Positions 36,801 to 48,100 of a stretch of 64,000 nucleotides of DNA are shown piece after piece. The notes below the pieces were generated by a model, which saw only the letters and a list, made by a program, of their open reading frames with translations, searched no databases and was not told the DNA's origin. Source of the stretch: Eledone cirrhosa (lineage: Eukaryota). The DNA lies in NCBI GenBank assembly GCA_964016885.1, contig OZ024765.1:7006001-7070000 (forward strand), read 5' to 3'. A program made the position numbers and the translations under genes. Position 1 is the stretch's first letter. Every line of letters starts with the position of its first letter.

Positions 36801-37949
36801 AAGAATAAATGTAAACATTGACCCGATTATAGTAGAAATAACAATGAGAAAGCCATGAACGCCAGCACATCTATTTTGCTTGGAAATTAAAAGTAGGTTT
36901 ATAAATATTAATTTTTTCTTATGTTCTTGTATCTGTTTGGTAGGTGTTAGAGACTATGTAGACACTGATGTGGTGTTCAATCTCAGTCCGAATCTGTACT
37001 ATATATTTTTAAATTTAAATTTTTCTCTAGTAAAGTAAAAAATGAAATTATTATCTATAGACTTTGACTGAAATCGAAACCCAGAGCAGGTTCTCCACCG
37101 TCTCTAATACCTACCATTAGGCCACGGAGACAGAAATAAAAACAGTGTGAAAATTAATATTTATAAAGTTACTTTTTTATTTTTGTTTTATACTATAAAA
37201 AATATAATACGACACACTGCCAGTGATTGAACCCCGGACCTGGATCTCCACCGGCTCTTATACTTACCACTAGGCTAAAGGGACGGTTACAGAAACTTAC
37301 TTAAAAATTGATATTTATAAACCTACTTTTTCATTACTAGAAAAAACCGGAAGTGGAGAAAATTGAAAAACATCTTCTTTTTCTTCCTCTGATTTTTTTT
37401 TATCCAAAATTTGGATTTAAGTCAGAGACGAGTTATCGTTCGTGGCAAAAATCAGAGGAAGAAAAAGAAGAAGTTTTTCAATTTTCTCCACTTCCGGTTT
37501 TTTCTAGTATAGGTAAGTAAATATTAATTTTCAAAAAATTTTTGTAACCGTCCCTGTGGCCTAATGGTAAGCACTAGAGACGGTGGAGATCCTGATTTAG
37601 GGTTCGATTTCCGTTAGGTTTTATACTAATAACTGCATATTTGTTTCTTTTATTAAGTAAGATTTGAACTAATAATGCTGTACTTTGTAGTAATGTCCCA
37701 TATTATATTCAACATATTTTAATTAAAATTTATTTTTTTTATAAAAGAAAGAACAAAAAACCTTATTGAAATTAAGAAATGAATTTTATTCAGTAAAGTT
37801 GTTTTTATTTTGTTTTCACTTCATTAACTGCTGAATACGTCTTTTGTTTTTTGTTTTTGATTCTTTCTAACCATTGTTTACTGTGAATGGTGACTGCAAC
37901 GAACCTGGATTATTACCAAGTTTCACTGGATGATTGTATTATTTTGTTG

Positions 37950-37980
37950 TCAGTGGACATCTGGACATCTATCTAAATAC
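37950..37980 (-). CDS. Putative terminal coding exon ((G)YLDRCPDVH*) followed by 3' UTR and AATAAA; repeated in each unit
   Basis: Acceptor ttgtgtttattccAG, TGA at 37952-37950, AATAAA at 37808-37803 and 37790-37785, then a U-rich tract. Phase fits exon 38458-38593. Confidence 0.55.
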
Positions 37981-38457
37981 CTGGAATAAACACAAGGTGT
38001 GTGTTTTACGTAACATTTCATTTTAATGTCTGATGTTCCTGTATTTCACATTTAAAATGTAACCAAAAATAAACAAGACAGGGACGCTACATCAAAATAA
38101 ACCACACAGACGAGGTACGAATAATCTAAAATTAATTTTAACAAACTATAAACGATGTTTAAAGAGAGACGAACATTAAAATAGGATTTCAAACAAACAC
38201 GTAAACACAAAGACAATTACAGCCGCCATAATCTAATATCTGAAGATCAACATTTTTCACGATAGAAATAAAACTAAATATGTAAAGTTTAGTGGCCCCT
38301 GATTTACTTGCTTTTAATTTCATTTTGATAATCTGTATTGTATTCTGTAGACATATATTTATGATTTTAATGATGAAATTTCCTCTTGTCTTTAAAAGAT
38401 TATTACTTATAAAAATTATAATAGTCACCTCCTCCTCTCGATTAATATGTAGCTTAC

Positions 38458-38593
38458 CCACAGGGGTTCCTCAACTGGGCGGTTTCAACTGTTGGGTGGG
38501 CGATGAGCAGCTGAACAGAAAATTGAGGGCCATTGGAAACTTTGGTGGCCGATATAGAATTTTGAGATTTAAGAAGGTATGCTACCCGAAAAC
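38458..38593 (-). CDS. Putative internal coding exon (xFRVAYLLKSQNSISATKVSNGPQFSVQLLIAHPTVETAQLRNPCG); copies at 42940-43075, 47422-47557, 51905-52040, 56413-56548, 60904-61039
   Basis: GC-richer island, acceptor ttccttgaatAG, donor TGG|GTAAGC, one fully open frame that splices in phase to the terminal exon. The one substitution seen between copies (56421) is synonymous (AAC>AAT). Confidence 0.55.
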
Positions 38594-39494
38594 CTATTCA
38601 AGGAATATATGCAAAGAACCTGAATAAAAATCAGGAAGCTAATTGGGAAAATTAAACCAGGAACAAACATTTACGAAACATATTTGGTATACTTTGGAAT
38701 ATTTACTATACAGGTGGCTGGTGGAACATTTTTTCATGTGAATGTGGGAAATGACGCCAAAATATTTGGCAACCCTTGGCTTACACCTTACTAAATGTTC
38801 TGGAGACAAGCCTCTTAGCTATATATCATAGTTCTTCAATCCTTCATCTTCCACAGTTGGTGAAGTATTTCGATTTGATATGACGATCGCAGAGTTAGAT
38901 TTAGGACGTGGTGGCGTTCATGGGTTTCTTAGTGTTGTTACTAGAAAGGGTCGACTCTGTCTTTCACACTTCAGGTTTTTTCATGAATTAAATATCCATT
39001 TTCTTTCTGATCGGTCTAACAATGATTTCAACCTACAATGACTCCGTCTGTAATAATGTTCTCTTATTTGAAATATGCCATACCTAACTCCCGTGTCTGT
39101 GTGTGTGAAAAATATTCCAACTTAGAGCGACGTGCCCGTAAATTGTTTAGCCTGATTCCTATATATAGATAATGTGTAATATTTGAACCTTCATGGAGGG
39201 TCTTTGCCGTAATTTCCCGTAACTCCGACTAGAAGTCATTATGTAGTTTTTTTCGTCCGTTAAAAATAATGATTAAAACAATTCTATATCCACAGTTATA
39301 TACACCTCTTCATCACATATTATATTATTTCCACCAATAACTACATTATATCCTTAAATATGACACCAAGACATATAATTTGTAAATAAAAGATAAAATA
39401 TTAAAACCTCAATTTTTAAATAATTTTACTCCACCTTTGTGTTCTCAGTGTTTAGATTAACCCATAATTTTTATGATTTGGGAGCATATAACTT

Positions 39495-39578
39495 ATAGTA
39501 CCAGTCATGTACTGGGATCAATTTAACGGATTGGTTCCTCCCCGCAAATTACTTGACTTTTGCCTAAGTAAGACATAC
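39495..39578 (+). mobile_element. Old, diverged 3' fragment of a SINE A relative (one per unit)
   Basis: TAGTACCAGTCATGTACTGGG...AAATTACTTGACTTTTGCCTAAGTAAGA resembles AAGTACCAGTAATGCACTGGG...AATTGCTGGCCTTGTGCCTAAAGTAGA. Confidence 0.6.
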
Positions 39579-39829
39579 TCACAGAATGTATCGATGTATA
39601 TATATATATTAGTATATTTTATGTTTACAATAAAAATAGACAAACAATTTAATGATAATATGAAATGAAATTATTATTATTTATTAATAATATTTTTATT
39701 GTTTTCACTGCATTAACTTCTGAGTGTGACTTTGTTTTTCTTACTATTTTCTACTGTAAATGGCGGCTTAATTGGATTATTACTAAGGTTTACTGGATTG
39801 TGGTGTTTCTTTATTGTTTTATATTTCAA

Positions 39830-39860
39830 TCAGTGGACATCAGGATAGCTTTCTATATAC
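39830..39860 (-). pseudogene. Paralogous terminal exon ((x)YIESYPDVH*) with its own acceptor, UTR and AATAAA; one per unit
   Basis: 39640-39930 aligns by eye with 37770-38055. Acceptor tttacatttatcccAG, with the same 31-nt distance to the stop. Confidence 0.5.
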
Positions 39861-40114
39861 CTGGGATAAATGTAAAGAGTACTGACTTTCATCTGCAGTT
39901 CAATGGTGATGTCTTCTTATATTTTCATTTACTTCTGCAATACTGTATATTGTAGTCTTTTCATTATTTTAAATATTTCTATCATGTCACTCGTTTGATA
40001 TATCTCCCCGAAAGATATAGTTATTCAGAGCTTTACATTGGAATAGTGTACTACTATTTAAATATTAGTCCTTTAAATATATATTTCTATCATGTCCCCC
40101 CCACCCCCACACCT

Positions 40115-40440
40115 TCTTAGATTTATCTCCTCTAAATTTGCAATCCCTAAAGTTTAACATCTTTCTTCAGAAGACAGATTTCTTAATAATTCTGGTGTTT
40201 TCTGTTTTGTTCTTTTCTGGATTCCTTCAATAGCTTCTCCGTATTTTCTGAAGTCGTCTGACCATGCCCCAAAACAATATTCTAGGTCGTATCACACATA
40301 TCATTCAACTAGTGTTTTAGACTTCTCGACATTTAGCTTGGCAAAGGAATGTTTTATTATTCCTATCATCTGAATTCCTTTTTTTTCTTCAACATGTTTA
40401 GCCATCTTTAAAATCATATTCATACATATTCACAATTCCT
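40115..40440 (-). mobile_element. Decayed CR1/L2-type LINE RT C-terminal fragment (one per unit; diverged copy at ~35390-35700)
   Basis: Minus strand, with stops and frameshifts, reads KKGIQMIGIIKHSF...IRP/LEYCFGAWS...AIEGIQKR...LRNLSSEER..LGIANLEE, matching the RPxLEYCxxxWSP...LSYEERL motif. Confidence 0.75.
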
Positions 40441-40829
40441 CGTGGAGGGGTATAAGAGACATGTATAAATATAGCTGCATATTACTACAAAATAACTTGA
40501 ACCATATCGCGAAACATTTTGTAAAGTATCTCTGTAATTATTCTCATTTCGATTTTCTGTAGAATGTATTGACGTTTAAGATAGAGACAATTGCCCTTCT
40601 TCTAATAATCTCTTTGTCCATTCCATGTTTAGTCTCACAAAATATTGTTAATGCAAGATTTTACTCTAATGTAATAAATGTTACTTTTAAAAGACCGAAG
40701 TTCTCAATTTTCTTCTTTCTCTTGTATATTGATATCTAAAGGATGACAAATGTATAAATTATGTGATAGGGAGGGAAAAAAAAAAAGCCACGACCTTCTT
40801 CTCTCGTTACAGAAGGCTAACTGACAACG

Positions 40830-40992
40830 TCTTTCGCAGGAGTGACTAGTACTACTGCCTTTTATATACCGTGACAACTGGAAAGACGTGACAAATAAGG
40901 ATACACTCTGCTCTCCTTATCAACATTGTCCGAGTCTGAGGACCTTTCCTCCCTGGTTAAGGAGTGAGATAAAATATTAGGGATCAATCTCT
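40830..40992 (-). promoter_or_regulatory. Putative TATA-box promoter (one per unit; first copy at ~36255-36412)
   Basis: Minus strand GGTATATAAAAGGC followed ~24-29 nt later by an Inr-like TCACT. The ~130 bp upstream is almost unchanged between the diverged first copy and the others. Confidence 0.45.
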
Positions 40993-41418
40993 AGCAATAA
41001 TTTTTATCTAATTATTATCAAACAAAACAGATTTATATATTGTCGCCGTTGTACGTTAACATCGCAAATATATTTATATACACACCAAGGATGGAGGGAC
41101 GACGGAATTGAAAACAATTATTGCTGAGTACATCACGGCAAGATCTAATCTAATAGATACACACACTCTCCCGTATATATTTAATAATCAGCTATGACCA
41201 TGAAGAAGGTCCCTGTAGATCATCTGGTTGTAGGATCTAATGAACCCGAATGAAAGTGAAAATATATTTTATGAAAGCCCCAGAAGAATAAATGTAAACA
41301 TTGACTCGATTATAGTAGAAATAAGAATGAGAAAGCCATGAACGCCATCACATCTATTTTGCTTGGAAATTGAAAGTAGGTTTATAAATATAAATTTTTT
41401 CTTATGTTCTTGTATCTG

Positions 41419-41475
41419 TTTCGTTGGCCTAATGGTAGGTGTTAGAGACTGATGTGGTGTTCAATCTCAGTCCGA
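41419..41475 (+). other. tRNA-like A/B-box module 1, degenerate (one per unit)
   Basis: TGGCCTAATGGTAGG...GTGTTCAATCTC. Confidence 0.5.
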
Positions 41476-41543
41476 ATCTGTACTATATATTTAAAAATTT
41501 AAATTTTTCTCTAGCAAAGTAAAAAATGAAATTATTACCTATA

Positions 41544-41615
41544 GACTTTGACTGAGATCGAAACTCAGAGCAGGTTCTCCACCGTCTCTAATACCTACCA
41601 TTAGGCCACGGAGAC
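41544..41615 (-). other. tRNA-like A/B-box module 2 (one per unit)
   Basis: Minus strand GTCTCCGTGGCCTAATGGTAGG...GAGACGGTGGAG...GAGTTTCGATCTC; no valid cloverleaf. Confidence 0.6.
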
Positions 41616-41696
41616 AGATATAAAAACAGTGTGAAAATTAATATTTATAAAGTTACTTTTTTATTTTTGTTTTATACTATAAAAAATATAATACGA

Positions 41697-41776
41697 CACA
41701 CTGCCAGTGATTGAACCCCGGACCTGGACCTCCACCGGCTCTTATACTTACCACTAAGCTAAAGGGACGGTTACAG
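41697..41776 (-). other. tRNA-like A/B-box module 3 (one per unit), loosely tRNA-Asp/Glu-like
   Basis: Minus strand GTCCCTTTAGCTTAGTGGTAAGTAT...CCGGGGTTCAATCAC. Confidence 0.6.
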
Positions 41777-41817
41777 AAACTTACTGAAAATTAATATTTA
41801 TAAACCTACTTTTTCAT

Positions 41818-41992
41818 TACTAGAAAAAACCGGAAGTGGAGAAAATTGAAAAACATCTTCTTTTTCTTCCTCTGATTTTTTTTTATCCAAAATTTGGATT
41901 TAAGTCAGAGACGAGTTATCGTTCGTGGCAAAAATCAGAGGAAGAAAAAGAAGAAGTTTTTCAATTTTCTCCACTTCCGGTTTTTTCTAGTA
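41818..41992. repeat. 175-bp palindromic element (MITE-like), ~63-bp arms; first copy at 37337-37510
   Basis: TACTAGAAAAAACCGGAAGTGGAGAAAATTGAAAAAC...GTTTTTCAATTTTCTCCACTTCCGGTTTTTTCTAGTA. Confidence 0.9.
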
Positions 41993-42032
41993 TAGGTAAG
42001 TAAATATTAATTTTCAAAAAATTTTTGTAACC

Positions 42033-42105
42033 GTCCCTGTGGCCTAATGGTAAGCACTAGAGACGGTGGAGATCCTGATTTAGGGTTCGATTTCCGTTAG
42101 GTTTT
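42033..42105 (+). other. tRNA-like A/B-box module 4 followed by TTTT (one per unit)
   Basis: GTCCCTGTGGCCTAATGGTAAGC...GGGTTCGATTTCC...GGTTTT; best-preserved A and B boxes, but no anticodon stem. Confidence 0.65.
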
Positions 42106-45100
42106 ATACTAATAACTGCGTATTTGTTTCTTTTATTAAGTAAGATTTGAACTAATAATGCTGTACTTTGTAGTAATGTCCCATATTATATTCAACATAT
42201 TTTAATTAAAATTTATTTTTTTTATAAAAGAAAGAACAAAAAACCTTATTGAAATTAAGAAATGAATTTTATTCAGTAAAGTTGTTTTTATTTTGTTTTC
42301 ACTTCATTAACTGCTGAATACGTCTTTTGTTTTTGTTTTTGATTCTTTCTAACCATTGTTTACTGTGAATGGTGACTGCAACGAACCTGGATTATTACCA
42401 AGTTTCACTGGATGATTGTATTATTTTGTTGTCAGTGGACATCTGGACATCTATCTAAATACCTGGAATAAACACAAGGTGTGTGTTTTACGTAACATTT
42501 CATTTTAATGTCTGATGTTCCTGTATTTCACATTTAAAATGTAACCAAAAATAAACAAGACAGGGACGCTACATCAAAATAAACCACACAGACGAGGTAC
42601 GAATAATCTAAAATTAATTTTAACAAACTATAAACGATGTTTAAAGAGAGACGAACATTAAAATAGGATTTCAAACAAACACGTAAACACAAAGACAATT
42701 ACAGCCGCCATAATCTAATATCTGAAGATCAACATTTTTCACGATAGAAATAAAACTAAATATGTAAAGTTTAGTGGCCCCTGATTTACTTGCTTTTAAT
42801 TTCATTTTGATAATCTGTATTGTATTCTGTAGACATATATTTATGATTTTAATGATGAAATTTCCTCTTGTCTTTAAAAGATTATTACTTATAAAAATTA
42901 TAATAGTCACCTCCTCCTCTCGATTAATATGTAGCTTACCCACAGGGGTTCCTCAACTGGGCGGTTTCAACTGTTGGGTGGGCGATGAGCAGCTGAACAG
43001 AAAATTGAGGGCCATTGGAAACTTTGGTGGCCGATATAGAATTTTGAGATTTAAGAAGGTATGCTACCCGAAAACCTATTCAAGGAATATATGCAAAGAA
43101 CCTGAATAAAAATCAGGAAGCTAATTGGGAAAATTAAACCAGGAACAAACATTTACGAAACATATTTGGTATACTTTGGAATATTTACTATACAGGTGGC
43201 TGGTGGAACATTTTTTCATGTGAATGTGGGAAATGACGCCAAAATATTTGGCAACCCTTGGCTTACACCTTACTAAATGTTCTGGAGACAAGCCTCTTAG
43301 CTATATATCATAGTTCTTCAATCCTTCATCTTCCACAGTTGGTGAAGTATTTCGATTTGATATGACGATCGCAGAGTTAGATTTAGGACGTGGTGGCGTT
43401 CATGGGTTTCTTAGTGTTGTTACTAGAAAGGGTCGACTCTGTCTTTCACACTTCAGGTTTTTTCATGAATTAAATATCCATTTTCTTTCTGATCGGTCTA
43501 ACAATGATTTCAACCTACAATGACTCCGTCTGTAATAATGTTCTCTTATTTGAAATATGCCATACCTAACTCCCGTGTCTGTGTGTGTGAAAAATATTCC
43601 AACTTAGAGCGACGTGCCCGTAAATTGTTTAGCCTGATTCCTATATATAGATAATGTGTAATATTTGAACCTTCATGGAGGGTCTTTGCCGTAATTTCCC
43701 GTAACTCCGACTAGAAGTCATTATGTAGTTTTTTTCGTCCGTTAAAAATAATGATTAAAACAATTCTATATCCACAGTTATATACACCTCTTCATCACAT
43801 ATTATATTATTTCCACCAATAACTACATTATATCCTTAAATATGACACCAAGACATATAATTTGTAAATAAAAGATAAAATATTAAAACCTCAATTTTTA
43901 AATAATTTTACTCCACCTTTGTGTTCTCAGTGTTTAGATTAACCCATAATTTTTATGATTTGGGAGCATATAACTTATAGTACCAGTCATGTACTGGGAT
44001 CAATTTAACGGATTGGTTCCTCCCCGCAAATTACTTGACTTTTGCCTAAGTAAGACATACTCACAGAATGTATCGATGTATATATATATATTAGTATATT
44101 TTATGTTTACAATAAAAATAGACAAACAATTTAATGATAATATGAAATGAAATTATTATTATTTATTAATAATATTTTTATTGTTTTCACTGCATTAACT
44201 TCTGAGTGTGACTTTGTTTTTCTTACTATTTTCTACTGTAAATGGCGGCTTAATTGGATTATTACTAAGGTTTACTGGATTGTGGTGTTTCTTTATTGTT
44301 TTATATTTCAATCAGTGGACATCAGGATAGCTTTCTATATACCTGGGATAAATGTAAAGAGTACTGACTTTCATCTGCAGTTCAATGGTGATGTCTTCTT
44401 ATATTTTCATTTACTTCTGCAATACTGTATATTGTAGTCTTTTCATTATTTTAAATATTTCTATCATGTCACTCGTTTGATATATCTCCCCGAAAGATAT
44501 AGTTATTCAGAGCTTTACATTGGAATAGTGTACTACTATTTAAATATTAGTCCTTTAAATATATATTTCTATCATGTCCCCCCCACCCCCACACCTTCTT
44601 AGATTTATCTCCTCTAAATTTGCAATCCCTAAAGTTTAACATCTTTCTTCAGAAGACAGATTTCTTAATAATTCTGGTGTTTTCTGTTTTGTTCTTTTCT
44701 GGATTCCTTCAATAGCTTCTCCGTATTTTCTGAAGTCGTCTGACCATGCCCCAAAACAATATTCTAGGTCGTATCACACATATCATTCAACTAGTGTTTT
44801 AGACTTCTCGACATTTAGCTTGGCAAAGGAATGTTTTATTATTCCTATCATCTGAATTCCTTTTTTTTCTTCAACATGTTTAGCCATCTTTAAAATCATA
44901 TTCATACATATTCACAATTCCTCGTGGAGGGGTATAAGAGACATGTATAAATATAGCTGCATATTACTACAAAATAACTTGAACCATATCGCGAAACATT
45001 TTGTAAAGTATCTCTGTAATTATTCTCATTTCGATTTTCTGTAGAATGTATTGACGTTTAAGATAGAGACAATTGCCCTTCTTCTAATAATCTCTTTGTC

Positions 45101-48100
45101 CATTCCATGTTTAGTCTCACAAAATATTGTTAATGCAAGATTTTACTCTAATGTAATAAATGTTACTTTTAAAAGACCGAAGTTCTCAATTTTCTTCTTT
45201 CTCTTGTATATTGATATCTAAAGGATGACAAATGTATAAATTATGTGATAGGGAGGAAAAAAAAAAAAGCCACGACCTTCTTCTCTCGTTACAGAAGGCT
45301 AACTGACAACGTCTTTCGCAGGAGTGACTAGTACTACTGCCTTTTATATACCGTGACAACTGGAAAGACGTGACAAATAAGGATACACTCTGCTCTCCTT
45401 ATCAACATTGTCCGAGTCTGAGGACCTTTCCTCCCTGGTTAAGGAGTGAGATAAAATATTAGGGATCAATCTCTAGCAATAATTTTTATCTAATTATTAT
45501 CAAACAAAACAGATTTATATATTGTCGCCGTTGTACGTTAACATCGCAAATATATTTATATACACACCAAGGATGGAGGGACGACGGAATTGAAAACAAT
45601 TATTGCTGAGTACATCACGGCAAGATCTAATCTAATAGATACACACACTCTCCCGTATATATTTAATAATCAGCTATGACCATGAAGAAGGTCCCTGTAG
45701 ATCATCTGGTTGTAGGATCTAATGAACCCGAATGAAAGTGAAAATATATTTTATGAAAGCCCCAGAAGAATAAATGTAAACATTGACTCGATTATAGTAG
45801 AAATAAGAATGAGAAAGCCATGAACGCCATCACATCTATTTTGCTTGGAAATTGAAAGTAGGTTTATAAATATAAATTTTTTCTTATGTTCTTGTATCTG
45901 TTTCGTTGGCCTAATGGTAGGTGTTAGAGACTGATGTGGTGTTCAATCTCAGTCCGAATCTGTACTATATATTTAAAAATTTAAATTTTTCTCTAGCAAA
46001 GTAAAAAATGAAATTATTACCTATAGACTTTGACTGAGATCGAAACTCAGAGCAGGTTCTCCACCGTCTCTAATACCTACCATTAGGCCACGGAGACAGA
46101 TATAAAAACAGTGTGAAAATTAATATTTATAAAGTTACTTTTTTATTTTTGTTTTATACTATAAAAAATATAATACGACACACTGCCAGTGATTGAACCC
46201 CGGACCTGGACCTCCACCGGCTCTTATACTTACCACTAAGCTAAAGGGACGGTTACAGAAACTTACTGAAAATTAATATTTATAAACCTACTTTTTCATT
46301 ACTAGAAAAAACCGGAAGTGGAGAAAATTGAAAAACATCTTCTTTTTCTTCCTCTGATTTTTTTTTATCCAAAATTTGGATTTAAGTCAGAGACGAGTTA
46401 TCGTTCGTGGCAAAAATCAGAGGAAGAAAAAGAAGAAGTTTTTCAATTTTCTCCACTTCCGGTTTTTTCTAGTATAGGTAAGTAAATATTAATTTTCAAA
46501 AAATTTTTGTAACCGTCCCTGTGGCCTAATGGTAAGCACTAGAGACGGTGGAGATCCTGATTTAGGGTTCGATTTCCGTTAGGTTTTATACTAATAACTG
46601 CGTATTTGTTTCTTTTATTAAGTAAGATTTGAACTAATAATGCTGTACTTTGTAGTAATGTCCCATATTATATTCAACATATTTTAATTAAAATTTATTT
46701 TTTTTATAAAAGAAAGAACAAAAAACCTTATTGAAATTAAGAAATGAATTTTATTCAGTAAAGTTGTTTTTATTTTGTTTTCACTTCATTAACTGCTGAA
46801 TACGTCTTTTGTTTTTGTTTTTGATTCTTTCTAACCATTGTTTACTGTGAATGGTGACTGCAACGAACCTGGATTATTACCAAGTTTCACTGGATGATTG
46901 TATTATTTTGTTGTCAGTGGACATCTGGACATCTATCTAAATACCTGGAATAAACACAAGGTGTGTGTTTTACGTAACATTTCATTTTAATGTCTGATGT
47001 TCCTGTATTTCACATTTAAAATGTAACCAAAAATAAACAAGACAGGGACGCTACATCAAAATAAACCACACAGACGAGGTACGAATAATCTAAAATTAAT
47101 TTTAACAAACTATAAACGATGTTTAAAGAGAGACGAACATTAAAATAGGATTTCAAACAAACACGTAAACACAAAGACAATTACAGCCGCCATAATCTAA
47201 TATCTGAAGATCAACATTTTTCACGATAGAAATAAAACTAAATATGTAAAGTTTAGTGGCCCCTGATTTACTTGCTTTTAATTTCATTTTGATAATCTGT
47301 ATTGTATTCTGTAGACATATATTTATGATTTTAATGATGAAATTTCCTCTTGTCTTTAAAAGATTATTACTTATAAAAATTATAATAGTCACCTCCTCCT
47401 CTCGATTAATATGTAGCTTACCCACAGGGGTTCCTCAACTGGGCGGTTTCAACTGTTGGGTGGGCGATGAGCAGCTGAACAGAAAATTGAGGGCCATTGG
47501 AAACTTTGGTGGCCGATATAGAATTTTGAGATTTAAGAAGGTATGCTACCCGAAAACCTATTCAAGGAATATATGCAAAGAACCTGAATAAAAATCAGGA
47601 AGCTAATTGGGAAAATTAAACCAGGAACAAACATTTACGAAACATATTTGGTATACTTTGGAATATTTACTATACAGGTGGCTGGTGGAACATTTTTTCA
47701 TGTGAATGTGGGAAATGACGCCAAAATATTTGGCAACCCTTGGCTTACACCTTACTAAATGTTCTGGAGACAAGCCTCTTAGCTATATATCATAGTTCTT
47801 CAATCCTTCATCTTCCACAGTTGGTGAAGTATTTCGATTTGATATGACGATCGCAGAGTTAGATTTAGGACGTGGTGGCGTTCATGGGTTTCTTAGTGTT
47901 GTTACTAGAAAGGGTCGACTCTGTCTTTCACACTTCAGGTTTTTTCATGAATTAAATATCCATTTTCTTTCTGATCGGTCTAACAATGATTTCAACCTAC
48001 AATGACTCCGTCTGTAATAATGTTCTCTTATTTGAAATATGCCATACCTAACTCCCGTGTCTGTGTGTGTGAAAAATATTCCAACTTAGAGCGACGTGCC

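Noticed and set aside
37900-37975. Pre-miRNA-like hairpin (TTCACTGG / TCAGTGGA)
   Set aside because: The stem is short and bulged, and the paralog has a much larger loop. The conservation is better explained by the terminal exon on the minus strand.
37950-38470. Neuropeptide identity for CGYLDRCPDVH (cephalotocin- or calcitonin-like)
   Set aside because: Cys spacing differs from the vasopressin family, and there is no amidation Gly or dibasic cleavage site; the resemblance is superficial.
38458-38619. Longer 162-nt exon using the acceptor at 38620
   Set aside because: Stops in all three frames; only the acceptor at 38594 leaves an open frame.
38292-38627. Plus-strand 111-aa ORF, and the 90-aa and 96-aa ORFs, repeated in each unit
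   Set aside because: No recognisable motifs, largely AT-rich intron-like sequence, two of them with non-ATG starts. Splice signals point to the minus strand, and conservation between copies only reflects recent duplication.
41419-42105. Functional tRNA genes
   Set aside because: A and B boxes are present but acceptor and anticodon stems do not pair.
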